From assembly GCF_009914755.1 (NCBI RefSeq), contig NC_060928.1: a stretch of 64,000 nt of DNA; one strand, given 5' to 3'. The translations under genes and the position numbers were made by a program. This DNA is from the human T2T-CHM13v2.0 reference genome, Homo sapiens. The notes beneath the pieces are model-generated. The model was not told the origin of the DNA, searched no databases, and was given only the letters and a program-made list of their open reading frames with translations. Of this stretch, positions 17,062-30,853 are shown piece by piece. How positions within the stretch are numbered: position 1 is the first letter of the stretch; every line of letters begins with the position of its first letter.

Positions 17062-17518
17062 GTCATTTCTATATGTAACTTTTGCCTTCAGGGCCTGCTT
17101 AGGCTTGATCACATATCTATCACTTTTGTTTGAGGATGGAATGTGGCAGTGCCTGTTGAACTTTATGGCTTGGTGAGTCAGATAATACACAGTTCATAAA
17201 GAGCAGCTCAGGTTGCATAACTTGGTGGCCCATGGTTAAGCATTTATTCTCCATTAAGGACCAGCAGGAGGTCAAGGACTGTTTCTCAAAAGAAGAGTAG
17301 TTATCTGCGGAGGGTGTCAGGGCTTTGCTTCAAATACTATCAGAGCCTTCCAAAGGCTCCAAATAGCATTCCTGTCTTTCACGGATACTTTAAGCATCAC
17401 TGGATCTGCTGGATCATATGGCTCAAGTGACAGAGCAGCTTGCACAGCAGGCTGGACTTGTTATGGAGTCTTTTCCTATTCTGGGCCTTTACTCAAAACT
17501 AGAAGCTTGTCAGGTTAC

Positions 17519-18073
17519 TCAGTAAATGGGCCAGAGTAACACACCTGAATGAGAAATATGTTGCCTCCAAAATCCAAATAGGCCCACTAGCCACTGTGCC
17601 TCTTTTTTGGTTGCAGGAGGGGCCAAATACAACAACTTATTCTTTACCTTAGAATAAATATCTTGACATTTTCCACACCACTGGACCTGTAGAAATTTCC
17701 CTGAAGTAGAAGGCCTCTGAATTTTTGTTACATATATTTCCCACTCTCTGATAAGCAAATCCCTTACCAGTAAGACTAGAATAGTTGTTACGTGTTGCTC
17801 AGTAAGTCCAATCAGCATAATGCCATCAATATAATGAACTAGTATGATATCTTCTTGAAGGAAAAGGAGATCAAGATCCCTGCAAACTGAATTATGACTT
17901 AGGGCTGGAAAGTCAGTATACCTCAGAGGTAGGACAGTGGAAGTGTATTGCTGTCCTTGCCAACTGAAATCAAAATGCTTCTGGTGATCTTTACAAAGAG
18001 GTATCAAGAAAAATACATTCGCCAGGTCCATAGCTGCATACCAGATATGTGTTAATTTAAGCAAAGAAACCAT
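17519..18073 (-). pseudogene. ERVL reverse transcriptase fragment, catalytic YIDD mutated to YIDG
   Basis: Translated ORF carries RT motifs with LPQG degraded to LPLR and YIDD to YIDG; flanked by frameshifts. Confidence 0.85.
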
Positions 18074-19183
18074 ATCTGACAGAACAGCTGCAATTATAGT
18101 CGCTACCTGTTTTAGCCTATATTTTCATTCTCCAAGATCCATCTGGCTTTTGCACAGGCCAAATAGCAGAGTTGAATGGAGATGTGGTGAGGATCATCAC
18201 CCCTACATCTTTCAAGTGAATTTTGGTGGCATTAATTTCTGTAATCCATTCAGGAATGTGGTATTGCTTTTTGTTTACTATTTTTCTAGATAGAGGGATT
18301 TTTTTATTGGTTTCCACTTGGCCTTTCCCACCATAATAGCCCTCACTCCACAGGCTAGGAAACCAATGTGGGGATACTGCCAGCTGCTGAATATATCTAT
18401 TCCAGTTATGCCTTCTGGAGCTGAAGAAATAAACACAGAATGGATTGACAGACCCACTGGGTCCACTGTGCAATGAACCTGAGCTAAAACTTCCCTGACC
18501 ACCTGACCTTCCTAAACTCCCATTCTGATTGATAGGCCACAGTGATGTTTTGGGTCTCCTGGAATTTGTGTCAGTTAAGAGCCAGTGTCTGGTATGTCCT
18601 GAAAGGTTTGACTATTTCCTCTTCTTCAGTACACAGTTACCTTTGTAAAATACCATAGGTGCCTGTGGAAAAGGGTAGGATAATGATTGACAGTATAAAT
18701 TTTTGATACTGTATCAGAATCCTTCCTCATAGGTTCCTAGCCTCCCCTTCATTCAAGGGGTTCTGAGTCTGTATACAGGCCCAAGACCTCATTAAGGGGT
18801 CATGACATTTTTTTCTTTTCTGAAGTCTGTGGCCTGTCAGGTATGACTCTCTGTTTTCATGATTTGGGTTAGAATTTTGTTCACTTGACTTAGAACGTTT
18901 TTGCATATAGAGATCAAGTAAGACTTTAGTAGGCTTCCTATCTATCTGACTAATTGATTATTGTAGGAACACCATAATCAATAAATCAATGTCATAGGTC
19001 TGCACAAGTCAGACTATCCAATTGCTGCTTTGCCTTTGCTGTCCCTTACAGTAAGCGTGCCCACCTTGCCTTTGGCCATTGAGTGCCTGCCTCCACTTAC
19101 ATCCAATTACTTTTATTACTCCCAGAATAGAATTACTCCTATTGCATTTAGGTTTCCAAATTGAATATCTCCATTTCCTACTA

Positions 19184-19468
19184 CAGTTGACCCTTGAACA
19201 ACATGGGTTTGAACTGTATGGGTTCACTTATATGCAGATTTTTTTTTTAATATATAGTTTGCCCTCCACTATCTACAGATTTGACATTAGCAACCAAATG
19301 CAATTGAAAATACAGTATTCATGGAATGTAAAACCCGTCGATTTAGATGGCCAACTTTTTATATCTTAGGGGCTCCACAGGGTTGAATGCAGGACATTAG
19401 TATATGCAGATTTTGGTATGTGCAGGAAGTCCTGGAACAAATCCCCTATGTATACCAAGGGACAACTG
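19184..19468. mobile_element. Tigger-family MITE (MER2B-like) inserted in ERVL gag
   Basis: TIRs cagttgacccttg / caagggacaactg; TA on both sides (19182-83, 19469-70). Confidence 0.88.
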
Positions 19469-20990
19469 TATAAGGTCTGGCCTATGGAAAACAAAAAGCT
19501 CTTTAAGGATGCTGGGATTCCTTCCACAAATTTATTTCTCACAGTATCAGGGAAAAATGTTTTCTGGACCCTCCCTGTGTGGGTGAGTATGTTTTAGATG
19601 ACAAATCCACTCTAACATAACAATCCTCCTAAGCCTTTGCATCTCTACATCAAATCAAGGCAGGTCAGGCATTTCTAATTTGCTGATGGTGGGCCATCTT
19701 TTGGTCCATGTTTCAGCCAATCAACCAAGAAAATTACAGCCCCTTCTAACTCCCTGAGCTGCAACATTAAATGCAGAATCTTTCCTTAGTGAGCCCATAT
19801 CAACATTGAACTCATCCAACTTTATGCTCCTTCCACCATTGTTTTATACCCTTAGCATCCATCCCACACATATTCTCCAGGTTTATGTCTATGTAAATTA
19901 GAAAATTCAAGTAGTTCTTTTGGAGTGTAGTGCACCTCCTAATGGGCCATATTTTGTACCTCACCTTTGGGGTCTGCTGGGTTTGAGTCTAGTTACAGGT
20001 CTAGAAGCAAAGAGGGGTGTTACGTGTGGGTTCTGAAGAGAATCAGCCTTGTCTTGCATAGAAACTACTTCTGGTGAGGCCATTAAGTTTCCCCAGGCAA
20101 TGCAGAATTAATCTTCTTAGATGAGGGTAGAAAGCCTGCTACTACTGGGAATGGGAAGGCTGTTTCCACTGGGGCTGTGGAGACTTCTTCCACTGGCAAA
20201 AATACTCATCAAATTTTAGGGGCTCAATGTCCCCAGCTTCATCGCATCTTCCTACACGTCTCTATTCCAATATATAGGATTCCATTCTTTCCCAATCAAT
20301 ATTTTCATTTTAACAGTAGATACCTTTAGGGCTGGGAGTTCAACTTGCATTATAATTTAGCTAGTCACAAGATGAGACTGTACCTTTAATTTTCCATAAT
20401 CTCAGCCCTGTGTTTACAAGAGATATGGGTCTCCTTAAAGGCACACATAGAAGCACACACATTTTTTGATCTATCAGATGGGAATGGCAATGCCTTCTCA
20501 TAAAGTTGCTGCAAGGAATAAATGAGATGATCTGTGCATAGTAGTAATCACAAACTTGACATATGGTTGCTGTTCAATCATGTTACAAATCATTATCATT
20601 ACTGTACATACAGCACATTACCATTACACATACAGCACTTTTGCTGCGAATTTGAATTCCTGAGCTCATCTTCTTCTTTCATCACTTCGTCCAGCAACAT
20701 TAGGAGCAAGCAATCAATCAACATCATTATATTAATTAGCTTTCCGAAAATGTTTAAAAGTACCACATGCACAATCAGCCAGCAATTTGCTTCATAAGCC
20801 ATTGACTAGGAGTACCCAAGAGATATTTTCCATATCTGTACTACCGGTTCCAACCATGGACTATAAGTGCTCTCTTTACTACTAGAAATAAGGTCATTAG
20901 CAGATTTAAATCTAATAAGATTATAGAGACAATTCCAGAACCCCAAAACCAATTCAGAAAACTCATCCTTAAAATTCTATTCCTCTAGAA

Positions 20991-21005
20991 CCAATCCTGT
21001 TACCA
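20991..21005 (-). promoter_or_regulatory. ERVL primer-binding site, tRNA-Leu type
   Basis: Minus strand tggtaacaggattgg, 5 nt downstream of the LTR; 13/15 match to TGGTACCAGGAGTGG, the recalled complement of the tRNA-Leu(TAA) 3' end. Confidence 0.7.
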
Positions 21006-21010
21006 ACATC

Positions 21011-21505
21011 TGTATTAGCCAGGGTTTTCCAGAGAAACAAAACCAATAGAATAGATAGATAGACAGACAGATAGATCAAAAGAAATTTAATATAAGGTGA
21101 TGACTCACATAATTATGGAAGCTGAGAAGTCCCATGATCTGCCTTCTGTAAGCTGGATACCCAGGGAAGACACGGGTGTGTAGTTTAAAGGCCTCTGTAC
21201 CAGAAAGCTGATTCTGTGGAATCCAGTCAGTGTCTGAAGGCCTGAGAATAAAGCATACAAAGCAAAAGTTTGATAGCTCAGCTCCAGCAGTTAGGCAGAG
21301 GGAGAATGAGTCTAACCTTCTGCTTTTTTGTTCTATTCGGGCCCTAAGTGGATTGGTTGATACCCACCCCCATTGGGGAGGGCCATCTGTTTTATTCAAA
21401 TGCTATTCTCTTCTGGTTAACACCCTCACAGAAACACCCAGTTTGGTTTGATTAGATATGTAGGCATCTCGTGGCTCAAATTGACACACAAAATTAACCA
21501 TCGCA
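21011..21505 (-). mobile_element. MLT2-family LTR (MLT2B/C-like), 5' LTR of the ERVL
   Basis: tgtattagccagggttttccagagaaacaaaaccaatag, internal (GATA/GACA)n, ggaagctgagaagtcccatgatctgcc, ttgacacacaaaattaaccatcgca end. Confidence 0.92.
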
Positions 21506-21816
21506 GTGTTTCTTCAGCAATTTATTTGCATGGTTTTCCCTCTTGGGTTGACATTTGATTTGTATTCTACAATTTTCTGTTGAAAATTGTATCATGGATA
21601 ATAATTTCATTAGATTGGCGAGCTATGTTTAACCATGTTCCCATAGGATTTAAAGTACTTTTAAGAATAATAATGTTTTATATCCATTGCTAATATAATC
21701 TATGGATTTTATCATGTTAAGACATCTGCTACAAAAAGAGGTGATTCCATGAGTGTGTCATTTGCTATTTCTAAGCATATGGGAAGCAAAATCTTGTGAT
21801 TGACTGGTTAATAGTT

Positions 21817-22275
21817 TGGTTATAGGTTGAGTTGCACCCCCTCAAAAAAAATATGCTGGAGTCCTAACACGTAGCACCTCTGAATGTGACCTCATGTGAA
21901 ACAGGGTCCTTAGAGAGGTAACTAAACCAAGGTGAGATCATTAGGATGAGCCCTAATCCAGTATGACTGGTGTCCTTATATAAAAAAGAATTTGGACACA
22001 GACACACACAGGGAGAACGTCACATAAAGAAGAAGACAGAGATTGGGGTGATGCATCTGTAAGCCAAAGAACACCAAAGATTGCCAGCCAACCACCAGAA
22101 GCTGGGAAAGAGGCTTGGAACAGATTCTCTCTCACAGCCCTCAGAAGGATCCAACCCTGCCAATACCTTCATCTGGGACTTCCAGCTTCCAAAACTGTGA
22201 GACAATACATTCTGATTATTTAAGCCACCAAGTATGTTGTATTTTGTTACAGCAGCCCTAGGAAATTAGAAACTA
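21817..22275 (+). mobile_element. Solo MaLR LTR, MLT1C-like
   Basis: ccctaatccagtatgactggtgtcctta; gattgccagccaaccaccagaagctggg; acagcagccctaggaaa. Confidence 0.87.
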
Positions 22276-22394
22276 ATAAATATATCCAGGTAACGAATGG
22301 CACATACTGTTTGTTAATAGATGGGGTCTGCAATACTGAGAAACAGTTGCCAATAAGGGACTATGTCAAGATTTATGTACAAATAAATAAATAT

Positions 22395-22830
22395 CCTAGT
22401 ATCTATATTAGGAGGAATACCTGCATGAAAGCAAAGAGAGAAGGAGCCAGTTAAGCCTGGAGCAGCTGAATAAGTCTAGGAGAGTGATCAGATCACCGTG
22501 CAAGTTTAATACTGGATGAAGGGAAGGTAGAGATGACAATAGAGGGGACATATCCTAAACTGCCCTGCAGTCTAAGGAAGGTTCAGTTTGCCAAAGCCTT
22601 TGTGTTGTCTTTAAGCCAAAGTCAGCTGTCGGGGATAGCTCGGGTCCTCCAGGAACAGATTGGCCTTAGTATCCCTGCCATGCTCATTCACTGCTTGTGA
22701 GCAGCTGTAGCAGGCACATCCTCAGCTCAAATGAGGTGATGGATTTCCAAATGCAGTTTGGGACCCTTGGTTAAGTCCTCTCCCTGAAGTGGGGAGGTCT
22801 GCAAGGCACATTCTCACAGTCCCCAGAGAT
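22395..22830 (-). mobile_element. Solo ERVL LTR, LTR16B-like
   Basis: ctgccctgcagtctaaggaaggttc, gccaaagtcagctgtc, ccttagtatccctgccatgctca, ggtgatggatttcc, ggaggtctgcaaggcacattctca. Confidence 0.75.
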
Positions 22831-22934
22831 GCTCCTCAAGGGAGTGAAAAACTGATATGGAATTCAATCCTTGAAAAAAAATGAACCAAATGAAAATACT
22901 ATCCAAGAATTGAAAAAAATTCACTCACCTAGAG

Positions 22935-23386
22935 TGTAGGTCACCTGGGCTGTGAAAATAAATCAGTTCTAACACATAAAGGGTGAACAAAATAAAACAT
23001 TTTGTTACTCATGGGGCAGTTTAACGGTGGGAAAGTTGGAAGTGGGATTGAGGAAGTTGCTCTCCACTGCTCCACACAAACAATGAGAGATGCAGGTGAT
23101 AATGCCTCCATCATCTTTAACAAGTGGCTTCCATGTTTGTTCTGGGGTAGGGGTTGTGGTCACCACCCTGGTTAGCTGAAAGGGGAAAGTATGGAGTGCT
23201 GTATGTGGGAGACTTTTATGGTCAAGGCCTTAAAATGGCACACATTTGTTCTACTCACTTTCCATTAGCTGAAATTCAGTCATTTGCCCCTACCCAACTG
23301 CAAAGCAGGCTGGATAATATGCTTAAGCTTTGCACCCAAGAAAAGAGGGAAAGGATCCTGGTGTACAACTGATTACTTCTACCACA
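22935..23386 (-). mobile_element. Solo MaLR LTR, MLT1J-like
   Basis: ttttatggtcaaggcc, actttccattagctgaaattcagtca, caactgcaaagcaggctgg, ends tctaccaca. Confidence 0.75.
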
Positions 23387-24189
23387 CCTGGATATGGCCA
23401 GTTATTAGTATTTGTGACCTCAATTAAAAAGAACTCCAAAATAGTGACTGAAATTCTCAGTTTTATCCAGCTGTTGGACATTATGCAAGTACAGAAAATA
23501 GTCATTAGCTAATGCTTTTAGGATTAAAGGTATCTACAATATATGGCCACACATCACTATAAAGTTAAAAAGTAAATAAATTAAGCATATACTGAGGGGA
23601 TTATTACAATTCCATGTTTCATAATTGAATAGTGTACCCCCAAGTTTTATAATTTAAAAAAATGCAATTAAGTATTCTAGAAATAGAATTACAGATGGCC
23701 CAAATGAAAATGTATGGAGGTGGATAAATCCGACATGTTGAATCAGTCCTATAAATAAGTTTCTCTTTGGTTTTGTTTTACAGGCTTCTGAGAGTGTATT
23801 TTCAGGCTCATCTTTTTTTAGATTATCTGTATTCTCAGTGTATATATATTCATAGCCTTGTAATAAGAAAGTTATAGAAGACTAAAAGGGTAAAATACAA
23901 ATTATATTTCTAGTAGCAAAACAATACTAAATAATTAGGAATAAACGAGGGCTAAATACCAATAATACTAATTTTTTTAAAGAATAAAACAATACTAATC
24001 AAATTGAGACAAGCATCAAAGTTCACCAGGTGCCTTGCGAACTACTTTTCTCTAGTTCCTACCTATCCTTGACTAATGTATACGATGAGTATACTGCCAA
24101 CATAACAACCCACCTTTTCACAGGTTGTACTGAAGCCCAGTCTGAAATAAGGCCTAATGATTATCAGTGTGGCCCACATCCTCAGTGCA

Positions 24190-24422
24190 CCTAGATTGGA
24201 ATGACAACTGTCGTACTAATTATCTGTATGACCTTGGAAATGTGCAATGCCTTTAAACTCTCTGAACCTCAATTTCTTGATCTATAAAATGGGAATGACA
24301 ATGCCTTCTCATGAAGTTGCTGTAAGGAATAAATGAGATAATCTGTGCATAGTAGTTATGACAAACTTGACATACAGTTGCTGTTCAATCATGTTACAAA
24401 TTATTACCATTATTGTTAATAA
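24190..24422 (+). mobile_element. MIR
   Basis: Core ctgtatgaccttgg...aactctctgaacctcaatttcttgatctataaaatggg...aggaataaatgagataat and a 3' tatt tail. Confidence 0.85.
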
Positions 24423-25399
24423 TACAAAACATTTTTTTGGTAAAAGCTTCTACTCACCTAGTTAGAGAAAACGGTGTCCAGAAAACAGTTATTAGTTTCC
24501 ACCGAAATGTTTGAAAATGTTAATTGTTCTCTTAATTTAAGAGATTGGGCCCTCTGTTTAGATTTGGAGGAAGAAGGCTGAGATTTTGCGGGGGCCTACT
24601 GGGTTTTTCTCCTATGCCCTGTGAAAGCCAATTGGTGCCTGCTCTCCAGCTTCATGCTTTGAAAACTTCCTGGAAACCAGATTGAGTCCATGCCCTTCAC
24701 TTACTTATTTTACTGCTGGTTCCAACAGTCAGCCCTACTCCCTCCTGTTAGACCAAACTTGCATCTTAGCAAGGGCTGCCAATTGACTGGAGTTACCAAG
24801 GCCCAGTTTTTGAAACTGCTCATTGAATGAAGATCCTCCTTGGGTTGTCTGCTCTGTCTTCAAGGTGATCTATATTATTATCCCAATGCTTTCCACATAA
24901 ATTGATTTCCTTTTACCATTTTATGAGAGACATAACAGTTCCAAATTAAGTTATTTATATCTAAGTGATATTACTTTATTATCATAATTATTATTTTTTT
25001 CTGGGGTAATTCCTTTCTGTATTTAGTTTCTTAAAAATATGAGAATAAATACATCCACAGGATAAATGATGATAAACCCATGTCTGTTTATCTGATATTG
25101 TAATGATTATGGTAAACAGTGAGACTACGTCCTAATTTTGATATATTTTTTGATGAAAAGTTTGAGTTGGAAAAACAAAATGACATTCAATTTTCAAGTC
25201 TCCCCCAAATATGATACACATATTGTAAAATGAAAATACATCTCCCCCTTATATGGTACATTTATTTTAACATTATTCCACCTTAAAACTGCTTACATTT
25301 TCATTTGAGGAAAAAGAAATGCTACCTCATGCAAATATTTTTCTTTCTGCATCATATGAGTATTAATTCTTTCATCTGACCTTTCTCTTTTTTTTTTTT

Positions 25400-25640
25400 C
25401 ATTTCACTACCATGTGCCAGGATATTATATTAGGTATTGGTAATTCAGTAAAGAAGACAGAAACTGTCTGTGTTTTCAGAGAGTATACACTCTAGCAGTC
25501 CACGAAGCTAAAATAACTATCTTTAAGTGGAACATGTTTCATCTATGAGATCATTCATTCTTTTATCAAGTGATTATTGAGCATCTCTCTATGCCATCTG
25601 CCCTATTTCCTAAGTTAGTAGATTATAGTGGTCAATAAGG
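25400..25640 (-). mobile_element. Two L2 3'-end fragments
   Basis: actaccatgtgccagg...aagacagaaa...tacactctag; tcattcattc...attattgagcatct. Confidence 0.55.
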
Positions 25641-25943
25641 AAATGAATTAAATTTTTGAAACCGTTCTAGACAAACCCCAGTTGTTCACCTGCATGCAAT
25701 GGAATACAGAATATACAGGACCTCAGCCATCCAGAAGTAGGGGATTGGAGCTATGGAAGCAGGACCGTCTCTTCAACAGATTTTTCTGCTAAATGGTCCT
25801 GTACTGCACTCAACTGCGCTCTCCTTTCTCCCTATCACCATTCTTCTACTTGTGATTTAAGATGAAAATGTCAACATGAGGCTTTGATCCCAACTCAGTG
25901 CCCCTGCAGCCATTTTGTTTTGTTTTGTTTTTTGTTGTCTCTA

Positions 25944-26347
<404 letters not shown>

Positions 26348-27984
26348 ACCACACCAAAAATTTAAATGAGAAAGAGAGTCTCTCAATGTCTAGATAATAA
26401 TCTTATCTCCTGGATTGTCACTTATGAACATGTGAGGTGACAAAACTATTTAATGGATAAGCATTTAGCAAATGAAAAGAAAATGTCTGTGATTATTATG
26501 TAATCCTAGATGACTCATTATACTTAAGTAAAGGGGAACATGAATCTCAAAGAATAATGAGAATTGTTGAGAGTGTCAACAAATTAAGAACTAGATGTTC
26601 TTAAAATGAACCTGGTCCTTATTGTTTTAAAAAGATCAGTGAGGAATCATGCAAATGGAGAATGCTATATTGCTAGTATTTAAAAATGATGTAAAGAACT
26701 CAATGACAGCTCTAACTACTTAAAAGCTTTCCATTACAACTTGAAGCATTTGTCCATATCATTTCAAAGCTATGAAAGTTTAGACTTTAGTTACCTGACA
26801 AATAACTTAGATTCTCAGCATATAACATCCATTTGACTATACATATTCTGTAAAATTCACATTGAAGAAAACAAGCAAAAGCAGAATTCTGATATTCACT
26901 CATTTTTGTTTTGGGTAGATTCTACCTTTGGAAAAATAAGATAATATTTTCAAGAAATGTTGAAATGATATCACATTAGTGATACTACATGTTAAATTTT
27001 GACACAGGAATACTGTTATTATTTTTCTAACTCTGGGCTTACAAGTTTTTATACTAATGATAAGATTATTCTTATTATTGAATTCAATTCTTTGTTTCAA
27101 TTTGACGGCAAATTGGTGCAGCAGATCCAATGAAACAAAATGATATAGGTTCTCCCCCACACTCTTTCTTTCTTTTTTCTTTTCAGAACTGGCGAACAGC
27201 TGTGTCCATATACTATAATTGTTCTCTAATTGTTCATCTTTGTTTCAAAAAAAAATAGAAGATTAAATAAGCACAACCTTTTGGTGTATAGTTTTTAATT
27301 TATAAGAATTGGGACTCATTGTTAGGTCCAAGATGAAAGGGTACCACAGTTGGCACTTTAAGCTGACACAGATCTGGGGAGCCAGTGACATTGCATCTCT
27401 GTTAATGATTTCACCTCTTGCACTGTGTTCCCACCAAAGGAAACATATCTTTCAGCTTGAAGTATGTGAAGGAGGGAGGAAAGGAACAATTCAACCTAAG
27501 CCCTAAAGAAAAGCTCTGTAGGTTGTGCTGAGCACTGAGCAGAGAAATGGCCCCATTAGCTTCTGCATGGGCTGCTCACTAGACTAGTTTGAAGTGGAGT
27601 TTCACTGACGCCTTGCCTCTAGGCATCCTTTCCTTCACCTCAGGATGAACTGCTACTATGATTTTTAAAGACTTTTTAAAGAGAAATTACAAAAAGTGCC
27701 ATTTGTTTCTTTTTGTAATTGTTCAAAGAGAATTGTTCAAGAGAAACAAATGGAAGACACTAAGGACTTAAATTAGCTGTGCTGAACAGACCTTAGTGAT
27801 GTTCAGGAAAATAGACAAGAAAAGAGATTAAATATCTGCTTTATTTAAATTCAGCAGGAAGAAAGAGCCCTACATTTACAAAATGTTTCCCTGGAAACAC
27901 TATTCTCAAGAAAAAAACAAATTCTTCCTTGGGTCATTAATTTTTAAATGGTAAAATGAGTTAATAGAAAATTGTAATAAATAA

Positions 27985-28065
27985 ACACATATATACATGT
28001 TAACACATGTTATCTATATGTATATACACATGTTATTCATATACACATGCACACACTCTCATACA
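27985..28065. repeat. (CA/TA)n low-complexity tract
   Basis: Degenerate acacatatatacatg units. Confidence 0.6.
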
Positions 28066-28134
28066 TCTCTGAATTCATCACAATTTACTTCCTGTCTCAT
28101 TATGGTGCCACACAAATTATACCGTAGGCAGCAG

Positions 28135-28380
28135 CACCATAGATCGTTATTAAGTCATCCAACACATTCCTTTGCTGAAGAGAAGTTGTTCTCTATAATG
28201 TATTTTTCAATCCTTTCCTCATTTCATGTTTAAATTACTCAGCCACAGGGGATTTGAAGATATCCCTTGGAAAAGTGTTCCACAGGCTGACATGATGGGG
28301 TTTACACAGGTGCTTTAAGATATTTAAACTACATTTTCTTTTACTCAATTTCATGTTACTGTTTCTAGTTAGGCCTTATT
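28135..28380 (-). mobile_element. Probable CR1/L3 LINE 3' remnant
   Basis: Resembles recalled L3 antisense motifs: aagtcatccaac, ggggattt...tcccttggaaaagtgttccacaggctga, gatatttaaactacattttc. Confidence 0.45.
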
Positions 28381-29282
28381 TCTACTATCTTAAAGTCATT
28401 TTTACCATGATCATTACTTTCGCGTCTATCAAGACAGGCCAAGAGCAATCTACATGATCATTAGTTTGCTTGTTATACCTACCAAGTTCTTTGCATTGTT
28501 TCATTTTAAAACATCCTCTTAGCCTCTTAGTCATGCTTTGTGATTTGGGTAAACTATTCACTGTTCTACAATTATTAGTCAAATATTTTATTCTCATAGC
28601 ACTTTAAAAGCAAGACTTGTTTTAGAAATCTTTCAAGTCTTGACATTCAGAAATTCACATTTAAGTGATTGTGGGTTCAGAGGAGGTAGAAGTTAAGTCA
28701 CAGACCCTTGTTCTTTCTGTATCAAGTGTATAAACTAGGTACATAGTGAGTTATTGAATTAAAACATTGTTCTCATATATTAAAGTTCTATTGCAAATAC
28801 AGCATTTGCAGTCAGAATTTTAAAGATTAAACCTGTTCAGTCCTGAAAAACTGTCTCTTCTTTGATACTCCATTTAGATTGTCTCCCATATCAGGTATAA
28901 TTTCCTTGCTCGCTGTGTTAGATATTACCTTAATAATTTCTGTTTATGTTCACTATTTCAGCATTTTTCCCCTACATCAATGCTCATTGGAAGGTTTTTA
29001 ATATAGTCTTGAACAGTACAACCAAAAATGTGAACTAAGGATAAAACTGTGGGAAATACCAAGATTTAAAAAAGAACCTCCTGGGAAACAGAAAAAGGAG
29101 GAGCTAGTATAGCATCATATGGATTAGCTCCCTTTTTTTTTCTTTTCTCAATGCTGAAGTGCAGAACTATGTTGAGCTTAGATATTTAGTTGAACTAAAC
29201 ATTATATTTAACAAGACTTTGATATGGTACCATGCCAGACCTTGAACAAAAAAAAAAAAAAACAAGTTTAATGGATAATACC

Positions 29283-30179
<897 letters not shown>

Positions 30180-30309
30180 TTTAGTTGTACCTAGGATTGA
30201 GGAAATGGTATCCAAAAAACTGGGATAAAACCTAAATTAACATTTATAGCAATTAATAAATTCAGCCAGTCATCTTCTCATTAGTATGTAGTACTTTCTG
30301 GATATCGAG

Positions 30310-30753
30310 TGTTGCTATTGCAGTGAATGCTGAAATTATTACTCCTGCCCCATGTTGAGGCCTGAAGCCCTCATTCCTCTAGATGCTAGGAGTGTTGGTA
30401 GATAACACCTCTCAACTGTGATTTTCCACTTGGAAATTGGCTTCAGCTCCATTGCCAAAGGTCACTCCCTTCCTGGGCAATAGCCTACCTCTAATGACTG
30501 ATGAATGTTGAGTTTTAAAAGCCCAGCTCCTTTGCCCCAGGGTTGGACAGCTCTGAGTGCTCATCCTAGCTCCAGGGCTTTTGGCAAGGTAGCTGAGATC
30601 TTTGTTGTGACTGCATAGCAGTCTAAGGCTTCTTTTCACCCAACCCAGCTCATTTCAGTGGGCTACAAGTGTGATCCTGAGAGCACTCCTCAGTAAACGT
30701 CCTGCATTCAAATCTAGGGCTTATGGTCTATTCTTAGGAAACCCAACTAGCAA
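30310..30753 (+). mobile_element. Solo ERVL LTR, LTR16C-like
   Basis: ctcattcctctagatgctaggagtgttgg, taatgactga, gctgagatctttgttgtgactgcat, gatcctgagagcactcctcagtaaac. Confidence 0.78.
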
Positions 30754-30853
30754 TCGCTTCACTTTTGACTCTTTCTTTCTGTGTAAATGTAAAATAGCTA
30801 ACATATAAATGATGAAATATTAACATAGAATATATAGACGTTTCATATACTTA

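Larger units (their letters stand above)
15761..21010 (-). mobile_element. Decayed ERVL internal region (gag-pro-pol), 3'-truncated within integrase
   Basis: ORFs 18117-18473 (...KQYHIP...SPFNSAIWPVQKPDGSWRM), 17519-18073 (WYAAMDLANVFF...QQYT..VLP...HYIDGIML...LVGLFGFWRQHI), 15958-16215 (HISVHQG...FNNQV, RNase H end); MLT2 LTR and Leu PBS upstream. Confidence 0.92.

Noticed and set aside
29090-29142. Stem-loop (ggagcta...tagctcc) followed by a T run, resembling an intrinsic terminator
   Set aside because: Short stem in eukaryotic DNA; no Pol III gene visible upstream.
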